From: Mobula hypostoma
Lineage: Eukaryota
Direction: 5' to 3'
DNA length: 60,000 bases
Assembly (NCBI RefSeq): GCF_963921235.1
Contig: NC_086107.1
Coordinates: 95,172,001 to 95,232,000 of the forward strand
This document shows, piece by piece, positions 24,717 through 35,455 of this stretch; the stretch's first letter is position 1, and every line of letters begins with the position of its first letter. Below the pieces are notes generated by a model. It saw only the letters and a list, made by a program, of their open reading frames with translations. It was not told the DNA's origin and searched no databases. Position numbers and translations under genes: made by a program.

Positions 24717-24936
24717 CATGGCTGATCATCCAACTCAGAACCCTGCCCCAGCCTTCCCTCCATACCCCCTGATCCCCGTAGCCACAAGGGCCATATCTAA
24801 CTCCCTCTTAAATATAGCCAATGAACTGGCCTCAACTGTTTCCTGTGGCAGAGAATTCCACAGATTCACCACTCTCTGTGTGAAGAAGTTTTTCCTAATC
24901 TCGGTCCTAAAAGGCTTCCCCTTTATCCTCAAACTG
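24717..24936 (-). mobile_element. Extra tail-less 3'-end fragment of the same CR1 family, fused to the 5' end of the previous copy
   Basis: Near-duplicate of ~21805-22025. Confidence 0.85.
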
Positions 24937-25004
24937 TGACCTGTCACTTTCACTTCGTTAGGGTCATGTGGAAAAAGATGACATTTAGGATACAATGTGG
25001 TGTT

Positions 25005-25433
25005 AGAACATGGAAATCTACAGCATATTACAGGCCCTTTAGCCCACAGTCCTGTGCCGACCATGTAACCTACTCTGGAAACTGCCTAGAATTTCCCCAC
25101 TGCACAGCCCTCTGGTTTTCCAAACTCCGGGTACCTATCTAAGAGTGTCTTAAAAGACCCTATTGTATCCGCCTTTACCACCGTCGCTGGCAGTGCATTC
25201 CACACACCCACCACTCTCTGTGTGAAACACTTACCTCTAACATCCCCTTTGTACCTACTTCCAAGCACCTTAAAACTATGCCCCCTCATGTTAGCTATTT
25301 CAGCCCTGGGAAAAAGCCTCTGGCTGTCCACACGATCAATGCCTCTCATCATCTTATACGCCTCTTATCAGGTCACCTCATCATCTGTCACTCCAAGGAG
25401 AAAAGGCTAAGTTCACTCAACCTGTTCTCATAA
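25005..25433 (-). mobile_element. Older CR1 3' fragment, the insertion target of the full-length CR1 (resumes at 29922-29965)
   Basis: ORF 25086..25352 RGHSFKV..FTQRVVGVWNALP; sequence continuity ctcATAA|G..ATAAGgcatactctccaatccaggcaac. Confidence 0.8.
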
Positions 25434-25883
25434 GTGCCGAAAAAGAGATTTTTGAAATTTTCGTTATTTTTTTTCTCCAACGGCTTTCTGAGAGGTGGGA
25501 CTGCGCACGCGTGTGACGTCGGGCAGTGCAGCGCGGCAGATTTAAAAGGGCAGACATCCTGCTTCGGATTTGATTCGAAGAAGGAGTCTGAGAGTCTGAG
25601 TGGGAGTGCCGAAAAAGAGATTTTTGAAATTTTCGTTATTTTTTTTCTCCAACGGCTTTCTGAGAGGCGGGACTGCGCAGGCGTGTGACGTCGGGCAGTG
25701 CAGCGCGGCAGATTTAAAAGGAACAGAGCCTCAGAGAGCGGGCAGCGTAGTTTGCGGGCAGCGGAGTGAGCCGGGAGCAGAGTGAAGACTTAAGGGCTTC
25801 GGCTCACCGGGCTTAGGCGGAAGCGGGCGAGGCGAGGAAGGTTTGACATTCATTTTCTGTTACTATTTGAGGAGAGGGGCATT

Positions 25884-26819
25884 ATGACTGTGAGGGCAGT
25901 TTGCTGTTCTCGGTGTCGGATGTGGGAGGCCCTGGAGTCTCCAAGCCTCCCGGACGTCTACATCTGCGCCAAGTGCATCGAGATGCAGCTCCTAAGGGAC
26001 CGCGTTACGGAACTGGAGCTGCAGCTCGATGACCTTCGTCTGGTCAGGGAGAGCGAGGAGGTGATAGAGAGGAGTGGAAGGCAGGTGGTCACGCCGGGGC
26101 CACGGGAGGCAGACAAGTGGGTCACGGTTAGGAGGGGGAAGGGGAAAAGGAAGGTGATGGGGAGTACCCCGGCGGCTGTGCCCCTTAACAACAGGTACTC
26201 CTGTTTGAGTACTGTTGGGGGGGACAGCTTACCCGGGGGAAGCGACAGTGGCCCTGCCTCCGGCACAGAGTCTGGCCCTGTAGCTCAGAAGGGTAGGGCA
26301 AGGAAGAGGAGGGCAGTTGTGATAGGGGACTCGATAGTAAGGGGGTCAGATAGGCGATTCTGTGGACGCAGTCCAGAGACACGGATGGTAGTTTGCCTCC
26401 CTGGTGCCAGGGTCCGGGATATTTCTGATCATGTCCAAGATATCCTGAAGTGGGAGGGTGAAGAGCCAGAGGTCCTGGTACATATAGGTACCAATGACAT
26501 AGGTAGGAAAAGGGATGAGGTCCTGAAAGAAGAATATAGGGAGCTAGGAAGGGAGTTGAGAAAAAGGACCGCAAAGGTAGTAATCTTGGGATTACTGCCT
26601 GTGCCACGCGACAGTGAGAGTAGGAATGCGATGAGGTGGAGGATAAATGCGTGGCTGAGGGATTGGAGCAGGGGGCAGGGATTCAAGTTTTTGGATCATT
26701 GGGACCTCTTTTGGCGCAGGTGTGACCTGTACAAAAAGGACGGGTTACACTTAAATCCTAGGGGGACCAATATCCTGGCAGGGAGATTAGCGGGGGCTAC
26801 TGAGGTGACTTTAAACTAG
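25884..26819 (+). CDS. CR1 ORF1p: Cys-rich zinc finger, coiled coil and SGNH/GDSL esterase
   Basis: CSRC..CAKC, LELQLDDL heptads, VIGDSIV, HIGTND, DGLHL; 311 aa with no lesion. Confidence 0.9.
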   Translation: MTVRAVCCSRCRMWEALESPSLPDVYICAKCIEMQLLRDRVTELELQLDDLRLVRESEEVIERSGRQVVTPGPREADKWVTVRRGKGKRKVMGSTPAAVPLNNRYSCLSTVGGDSLPGGSDSGPASGTESGPVAQKGRARKRRAVVIGDSIVRGSDRRFCGRSPETRMVVCLPGARVRDISDHVQDILKWEGEEPEVLVHIGTNDIGRKRDEVLKEEYRELGRELRKRTAKVVILGLLPVPRDSESRNAMRWRINAWLRDWSRGQGFKFLDHWDLFWRRCDLYKKDGLHLNPRGTNILAGRLAGATEVTLN

Positions 26820-29800
26820 AATGGTTGGGGGGTGGGAATCAAATTAAAGCGGCAAGGTGTGAGGAGGTTAGTTCACAACAGAGGGATGGGAACCAGTGCA
26901 GAGAGACAGAGGGGTGTAAAGTGAGCGTAGAAGCAAAAAGTACAAAGGGGAAAAGTAAAAGTGGCAGGCCGACAAATCCAGGGCAAGCATTAAAAAGGGC
27001 TAAGAGAGTTGTAAAAGAGCCCCTGAAGGCTTTATGTGTCAATGCAAGGAGCATTCGTAATAAGGTGGATGAATTGAAAGTGCAGATTGTTATTAATGAT
27101 TATGATATAGTTGGAATCACAGAGACATGGCTCCAGGGTGACCAGGGATGGGAGCTCAACGTTCAGGGATATTCAATATTCAGGAGGGATAGACACGAAG
27201 GAAGGGGAGGTGGGGTGGCGTTGCTGGTTAAAAAAGAGATTAACGCAATAGAAAGGAAGGACATAAGCCGGGAAGATGTGGAATCGATATGGGTAGAGCT
27301 GCGTAACACTAAGGGGCAGAAGACGCTGGTGGGAGTTGTGTACAGGCCACCTAACAGTAGTAGTGAGGTCGGAGATGGTATTAAACAGGAAATTAGAAAT
27401 GTGTGCAATAAAGGAACAGCAGTTATAATGGGTGACTTCAATCTACATGTAGACTGGGTGAACCAAATTGGTAAAGGTGCTGAGGAAGAGGATTTCTTGG
27501 AATGTATGCGGGATGGTTTTTTGAACCAACATGTCGAGGAACCGACTAGAGAGCAGGCTATTCTGGACTGGGTTTTGAGCAATGAGGAAGGGTTAATTAG
27601 CGATCTTGTCGTGAGAGGCCCCTTGGGTAAGAGTGACCATAATATGGTGGAATTCTTCATTAACATGGAGAGTGACGTAGTTAATTCAGAAACAAAGGTT
27701 CTGAACTTAAAGAGGGGTAACTTTGAAGGTATGAGACATGAATTAGCTAAGATAGACTGGCAAATGACACTTCAAGGATTGACGGTGGATATGCAATGGC
27801 AGGCATTTAAAGGTTGCATGGATGAACTACAACAATTGTTCATCCCAGTTTGGCAAAAGAATAAATCAAGGAAGGTAGTGCACCCGTGGCTGACAAGAGA
27901 AATTAGGGATAGTATCAATTCCAAAGAAGTAGCATACAAATTAGCCAGAGAAAGTGGCTCACCTGAGGACTGGGAGAAATTCAGAGTTCAGCAGAGGAGG
28001 ACAAAGGGCTTAATTAGGAAGGGGAAAAAAGATTATGAGAGAAAACTGGCAGAGAACATAAAAACGGACTGTAAAAGCTTTTATAGATATGTAAAAAGGA
28101 AAAGACTGATAAAGACAAATGTAGGTCCCCTGCAAACAGAAACAGGTGAATTGATTATGGGGAGCAAGGACATGGCAGACCAATTGAATAATTACTTTGG
28201 TTCTGTCTTCACTAAGGAGGACATAAATAATCTTCCAGAAATAGTAAGGGACAGAGGGTCCAGTGAGATGGAGGAACTGAGCGAAATACATGTTAGTAGG
28301 GAAGTGGTGTTAGGTAAATTGAAGGGATTGAAGGCAGATAAATCCCCAGGGCCAGATGGTCTGCATCCCAGAGTGCTTAAGGAAGTGGCCCAAGAAATAG
28401 TGGATGCATTAGTGATAATTTTACAAAACTCGTTAGATTCTGGACTAGTTCCTGAGGATTGGAGGGTGGCTAATGTAACCCCACTTTTTAAAAAAGGAGG
28501 GAGAGAGAAACCGGGGAATTATAGGCCGGTTAGCCTAACGTCGGTGGTGGGGAAACTGCTGGAGTCAGTTATCAAGGATGTGATAACAGCACATTTGGAA
28601 AGCGGTGAAATGATCGGACAAAGTCAGCATGGATTTGTGAAAGGAAAATCATGTCTGACGAATCTCATAGAATTTTTTGAGGATGTAACTAGTAGAGTGG
28701 ATAGGGGAGAACCAGTGGATGTGGTATATTTGGATTTTCAAAAGGCTTTTGACAAGGTCCCACATAGGAGATTAGTGTGCAAACTTAAAGCACACGGTAT
28801 TGGGGGTAAGGTATTGGTGTGGGTGGAGAATTGGTTAGCAGACAGGAAGCAAAGAGTGGGAATAAACGGGACCTTTTCAGAATGGCAGGCGGTGACTAGT
28901 GGGGTACCGCAAGGCTCAGTGCTGGGACCCCAGTTGTTTACAATATATATTAATGACTTGGATGAGGGAATTAAATGCAGCATCTCCAAGTTTGCGGATG
29001 ACACGAAGCTGGGTGGCAGTGTTAGCAGTGAGGAGGATGCTAAGAGGATGCAGGGTGACTTGGATAGGTTGGGTGAGTGGGCAAACTCATGGCAGATGCA
29101 ATTTAATGTGGATAAATGTGAAGTTATCCACTTTGGTGGCAAAAATAGGAAAACAGATTATTATCTGAATGGTGGCCGATTAGGAAAAGGGGAGGTGCAA
29201 CGAGACCTGGGTGTCATTATACACCAGTCATTGAAAGTGGGCATGCAGGTACAGCAGGCGGTGAAAAAGGCGAACGGTATGCTGGCATTTATAGCGAGAG
29301 GATTCGAGTACAGGAGCAGGGAGGTACTACTGCAGTTGTACAAGGCCTTGGTGAGACCACACCTGGAGTATTGTGTGCATTTTTTGGTCCCCTAATCTGA
29401 GGAAAGACATCTTTGCCATAGAGGGAGTACAAAGAAGGTTCACCAGATTGATTCCTGGGATGGCAGGTCTTTCATATGAAGAAAGACTGGATGAACTGGG
29501 CTTGTACTCGTTGGAATTTAGAAGATTGAGGGGGGATCTGATTGAAACGTATAAGATCCTAAAGGGATTGGACAGGCTAGATGCGGGAAGATTGTTCCCG
29601 ATGTTGGGGAGGTCTAGAACGAGGGGTCACAGTTTGAGGATAGAGGGGAAGCCTTTTAGGACCGAGGTTAGGAAAAACTTCTTCACACAGAGAGTGGTGA
29701 ATCTGTGGAATTCTCTGCCACAGCAAACTGTTGAGGCCAGTTCATTAGCTATGTTTAAAAGGAAGTTAGATATGGCCCTTGTGGCTACAGGGGTCAGGGG

Positions 29801-29825
29801 GTATGGAGGGAAGGCTGGGTTCTGA
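26810..29825 (+). CDS. CR1 ORF2p: APE endonuclease plus reverse transcriptase; no AUG start; one frameshift lesion near 29380
   Basis: [49 protein letters not shown]. The C-terminus continues in ORF 29373..29825. Confidence 0.9.
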
Positions 29826-30199
29826 GTTGGATGATCAGCCATGATCATAATAAATGGCGGTGCAGGCTCGAAGGGCCGAATGGCCTACTCCTGCACCTAT
29901 TTTCTATGTTTCTATGTTTCTATAAGGCATACTCTCCAATCCAGGCAACGTCCTAGTAAATCTCTGCAATGGTATTCCGAACCCTGATGTCCAAGGAATG
30001 TCCTGTAGTCGAGATCACTCTGTGCAGTGATGTGACGATGGAATTTTTAAAGGTTCAAAAGGAAATGGGATTGACAGAGAATTTAGTGGGTGTGTCAGAG
30101 TGAAGGGAGATTTTTGTTTCAGTACAGAATATCACAAGGGCACCTGAGAAAAGTTTTTGCCTTTTTTTGTCACGTTTACTGAAATGATGAAAATATTTT

Positions 30200-31860
30200 G
30201 TTTTGCATTTTATACAAATCATTCCATACACAAATACAGTGAGGTAATACAAAGATAGGTACTTCATTATCCCAAAGGAAACTACAGTGTCACAGTAGCA
30301 AGTGCACAGATATATAAATATTAGATTAGAAGTAGAAAATAAAAAATAAGTTACCACAGTCTAACAGGAGGGAGTTATCACTTCCCTGGCTATAGGTTGA
30401 TTCATTATAGAGCCTAATGGCCGAGGGTAAGAGTGACCTCTGTGGAGCAGCACAGTTGTCTTAGTCTTTTACTAAAAGTGCTCCTCCATTCAGCCAAGGT
30501 GGCATGCAGAGGGTGAGAAACATTGTCCAGAATTCTTTTTTTAAATCTTTTTATTAATTTTCCAAAGTTATAAACAAAATAACAATGTTGATACAGAGAG
30601 ATTGGAATAATCTTATTGTTAATAAACATATACAGAAAAGATTTCAAATAATACAGGTATAATAGACTTCCAAAGTCATGATGTAATTAATCATAGAGAA
30701 AAAAGAAATTAAAAAAATACAAAGAAAAACACCAAAAAGAAACAAAAAAAAACTAACTACTAAACCCAAAAAAGCAAACAGAACAAAATAAGGCTAGACC
30801 ATTATCTTAAATCGAACACGTTCAATAATGTCGTCAACTCCGCTCCTCTATTCATATATTTTAAGTTAAGAAGGATTCGGAAAGGTCAAATTACATTATA
30901 TGAAAATGTTGAATAAATGGTTTCCAAGTCTCTTCAAAATTAACCAAAGGATCAAAAATGTCACTTTTAATGTTTTTTTAAATTTAAACATAATATAGTT
31001 TGAGAAAACCATTGAAATGAAGTAGGAGGATTGGTCTCCTTCCATTTCAATAAAATGGATCTTCTGGCCATTAAAGTAACAAATGCAATCATCTGACAGG
31101 CTGAAGAAAATAAAAATCTATGTTCTACCACTGGCAATCAAAAATTGCCGTAATAGGATGGGGTTGTAAATCAAAACACAGAACTGTTGAGATAATATCA
31201 AAAATATCTTTCCAATATTTTTCCAAAAGAGGACAGGACCAAAACATATGAGTTAAAGAAGCCACCTCAGAGTGACATCTGTCACAAATAGGGCTAATTT
31301 ATCTTTAGACATATGGGCCCTATGCACTACTTTAACTTGTATTAATGTATGTTTAGCACATATGGAGGAAGTACTGACTAATTGACATGGTCCAGAATTA
31401 CCAGGAGTAGAGTCCTTTGTTCTGCCACAGCCTCAGTGTCCAGTTTGATTCCTTTAACAGTGCCAGCCTTTCTAATCATTTTATTACGCCTGTTGGCATC
31501 ACCTGTGTTGATGCCATTGCCCCAGCTCACCACCACATAGAAGATTGTACTGGCAGCAACAGACTGGTAGAATATGTGAGGAGAGGCTTGCATACTCCAA
31601 AGGACCTCAGTCTCCTCAGGAAGCAGAGGTGACTCTGGTCCTTCTTGTACACAGCCTCTGTGTTGGTGCTCCACTCAAGTCTGTCATCCAGGTGCACCCC
31701 CAGGTACTTGTAGGTCCTCATCACATCCACGTCTTCACCATCAATAGTAACAGGGAGCAATGCAGGCTTAGTCTTCCTAAAGTCCATCACCATCTCCTTT
31801 GTCTTACTGATGTTGAGCTGCAGATGATTCATCTTGCACCATTTGACAAAGTCCTCCGCC
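30200..31860 (-). mobile_element. Rex/L2-type LINE 3' fragment split by an L1 insertion
   Basis: ORF 31527..31832 LQLNISKTKEMVMDFR..YKYLGVHLD; continues at 30200-30534 (SHPLHATL). Confidence 0.75.
30535..31384 (-). mobile_element. 5'-truncated L1-clade LINE with target-site duplication
   Basis: Minus strand encodes CDRCHSEVASLTHMFWSC (C-terminal CCHC); poly-T at 30536; 15-bp TSD ACAT(T/G)GTCCAGAATT at 30520-30534 and 31385-31399. Confidence 0.85.
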
Positions 31861-33157
31861 GAAGTTCAGTGCAGGCAGGCAATGGTGCAGGGACCATGAC
31901 AAGGTAGATCATGAGGTCAAGAGTCCATCTGATTGTACTAGGGAAACTCAATACTCTTATAACGGCAGGGTAGAAGCTGTCCTTGAGCCTGCTGGTACGT
32001 GCTTTCAGGCTTTTGTATCTTCTGCCTGAGGGGAAAAGAGAATGTCTGAGATGGATGTGGCAGTTGATTATGTTGTCTGGTTTACCAAGGCAACAAGAAG
32101 TAGAGACAGATTCCATAGAGGGGAGGCTGGTTTTGTGATGCGCTGTGTCCACACTCTCTGTCTTGGGCTGAGCAGTTGCCATACCAAGCAGCGATGCATC
32201 CGAATAGGGTTGGTGAGGGTTGACAGAGACGTGCCAAATTTCTTAAACCTCCTGAGGGGATGGAGGCGCTGATGTGCTTTCCTGGTTGTGGTGTCTACAC
32301 AGTTGGACCATGAGGGGCTATTGGTAACGTTCAAACATGGAAGATCTTGAGGGAACTTGGAAGGGTTGGATGTGGAGATGCTTCGATCACAACAAGAAAC
32401 ACAGTTACAAACTAAGGGGCTGGCTATTTAAAGTGGAGGTCCGTGAAGATCTCTGAGAACATAGAAAACAGTATAGCACAGCCCTTCAGCCACCCTGTTG
32501 TAGCATTATAGCACACTGCAACACAAACAGGCCCTTTGGTCCATCCGGTTCATGTTAAACTGTTATTGTGCCTAGTCCCATTGACTGCACCTATCCCTTA
32601 GCCCTCTGTACCCCTCCCAGCCATGTAATTATCGAAACTTCCCTTAAATGTTGCAGTTGAACACATCCACCACTTATGCTGGCAGCCCATTCCACACTCA
32701 GTACTAGGGAAACGCTCAGTAATCTTATAACAGTAGGGCAGAGGCTGTCCTTGAACCTGGTGGGACATGAGTGAAGAAAGCTGCGCATGTTCTCTTTAAA
32801 TATTTCACCTTTCACCCTAAACCCATGACCTCCAGTTCCAGTCTCACCCAACCTCAAACTGCTTGCATTTACCATAATTGAGTACACCTCAATCAAATCT
32901 GCCCTTCGAGGAGTAAGGTCCTAAGCTATTCAACATTTCCCTATAACTCAGGTCTGGACAACATCCTTGTAAATGTTCTGTGTACTCTTTCAACCTTATT
33001 GATCTCTTTCCTGTAGGTAGGTGACCAGAAATGCACACAATACCCCAGATTTAGCCTCATCAACACTTTACACAATTTCAACATAACATTCCAACTCCTG
33101 TACTCAATAACCTGATTTATGAAGGCCAACATGCTAAAAGCTCTCTTTACAAGTTTA

Positions 33158-35453
33158 CAGTGGTGGCAGAAAGTTTTTGAACCCTGTAGAATTTTCGCTA
33201 TTTCTGTGTAAGGAGTTTCTTTTTTTATGTTACTGCTAAGGCTAATAAAAATGGCTTCTTTGTTATGTTAACGGCCGAGAAAGTGCTTCTCTATAGCAGC
33301 TTGTTTGGGTTATAATTACTGATAGAGAGAATTGTATTAATTTACTAACCAATTGGGATAGATGTTATTCTTTCTTGTGTGTCTGTAAGCTATTGTTTTC
33401 GCGGGCTTTGGGGCAGAAGGCACAATGGGGACAGAGAGAGGAGATGCGACGCTGTAAGCTGAGCGATGGAATGCACCCCGAGTGGGAGTTTGAGGCCCAG
33501 GGTTTTCGGGAGGAGAACTGAAGAGGAAGGACGTGCTGGACACGCTCTGGTCGACAACCGTGGTTGGTCCCAGGCAGCGGGTTGAGGGGGTTGGAGGAGA
33601 TCGCATTGTGGAAAGAAGACCCTATTCATTGAGCTCCAACGGTTGTGCACGAAGTGATTGAACTTTGATAAGTTCAGCACCTTTTACTTTCCTTTTATAT
33701 TTTATCTCTACAGTATTAATTACTTAGTTCCAGTAAGGTCTATAAAGTCTAATCATTTAATCACATATGGTGTATTGGTTGTTATTTGGCAGGGTGGGGT
33801 ACATCACACAGCATCCACACAAACTTGATTACCCAGTTTGGTGGGGCCAAAGGCTGCTCCCCCAGATGAAAGTGAGCTGAGCAAGCCTGAGGCTTTCCAG
33901 GGGGCTACATCTGCATAAATGTGACCTAAAATGTGATCAGATCTTCATGCAAAGCCTAAAACTAGATAGACAATCCAATTAAATAACATAAAAACATTAT
34001 ACTTGTTCATTTATTTATTGAGAAAAATTATTGAATATTCCATGTATTTGTTGGGAAAAGTATGTGAACCTCTGGGGTAATGCCATCTACAAACGCTATT
34101 TAGAGTTAGGTGTTCCAATCAGTGAGATGAGATTGGAGGTGTGAGTTGTAGAGGTGCCCTGCCCTATAAAAAAAGATACACTAAGTCAGGTTACTGACAG
34201 AGTCTGCTCTTCTCAAGGAAGATCTGTTTATGTGTACCTTGCCTCGATCAAAACAACTTTCAGAGGACCCTAGAAGAAGAATTGTGGAGATGCATGAAGC
34301 TGGAAAAGCTACAACAGCATTTCCAAAGCCCTGAGTGTTCATCAGTCCACAGTAAGAGAAATTGTCTACAAATGGAGGAAATTCAGTTCTGTTGCTTCTC
34401 TCCCTAGGAGTGGGCATCCTGCAAAGATCACACCAAGAGCACAGTGTGCACTGCTGAAGGAATTGAGAAAGAACCCAAGGGTAACAACAAAAGACCTGCA
34501 GAAATCTCTAGAACTTGCTAAAGTCTCTGTTCATATGCCCACTATAAGAAAAATGCTGAACAAGAATGGAGTTTGTGGAAGGACACCATGGAGGAAACCA
34601 CTGCTCTCCAAAAAAAAACAATTACTGCACATCTCAAGTTTGCAAAAGACCTCCTGGATGTTCTGAGACAATGGTCTGTGGACAGTTGAACTTTTTGGCC
34701 GAAATGCACATTGCTACGTTTGGAGGAAAAAGGGCACTGCACACAACACCAAAATTCCATCCCAAGTGTGAAGCATGGTGGAAGGAGATGGTTTGGGGCT
34801 GCTTTGCTGCCTCAGGGCCTGGACAGATTGCAATCGTTGAGGGAACAATGAATTCAAAATTGTATCAAGACATTTTGCAGGGAAATGTCAGGGTAGTTGT
34901 CTGTCACCTGAAGTTTATTAAAGTTGGATAATGCAACAAGACAATGATCTGAAAGACAAGAGTAAATCAACAACAGAATGGTTTAAAAAGAAGAAAATTC
35001 ATGTTTTGGAATGGCAGAGTGAAAATCCTGACCTTAATCCTATAGAAATGTTTTGGAAGGACCTAAAGCAAGCAGTTCATACAAGGAAGTCCACCAACAT
35101 CTCAGAGCTGAAGCAGTTTTGTAAGGAGGAATAGCTTAGAATTTCTCCAAGCCAACATGCAGGACTAATAAACAGTTACCAGAAATGTTTGGTTGAAGTT
35201 ATTGCTGTACAAGGGGTTACACCAGTTACTGAAATCAAAGGTTCACATAATTTTTCCAACAAATACATGTAATATTGGATCGTTTTTCTCAATAAATAAA
35301 TGAACAAGTATAATGCTGCTTTGTGTTATTTATTTAATTGTGTTCTCTTTATCGAGTTTCAGAATTTGCATGAAGATCTGATCACATTTTAGGTCATATT
35401 TATGCAGAAATAGAGAAAATTCTGCAGGGTTCGCAAACTTTCTAGCACCACTA
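33158..35453 (+). mobile_element. Degenerate full-length Tc1 (DD34E) transposon with long TIRs
   Basis: TA|CAGTGGTGGCAGAAAGTTT at the left end and AAACTTTCTAGCACCACTA|TA at the right end; ~200-bp inverted ends; transposase remnants PRSKQLSED, NPRVTTKDL and QQDND..PDLNPIE. Confidence 0.9.
33207..33909. mobile_element. Solo LTR (703 bp) inserted in the left TIR of the Tc1 element
   Basis: TGTA...TACA termini; 4-bp TSD TCTG at 33203-33206 and 33910-33913. Removing it restores the match to the right TIR. Confidence 0.85.
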
Positions 35454-35455
35454 TA

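Larger units (their letters stand above)
25434..29921 (+). mobile_element. Full-length, near-intact CR1 LINE
   Basis: Duplicated 5'UTR monomer, intact ORF1, ORF2 with a single +1 lesion in a T-run at 29380-29385, (TTTCTATG)n tail, and a short ATAA(G) duplication at 25430 and 29922. Confidence 0.95.
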
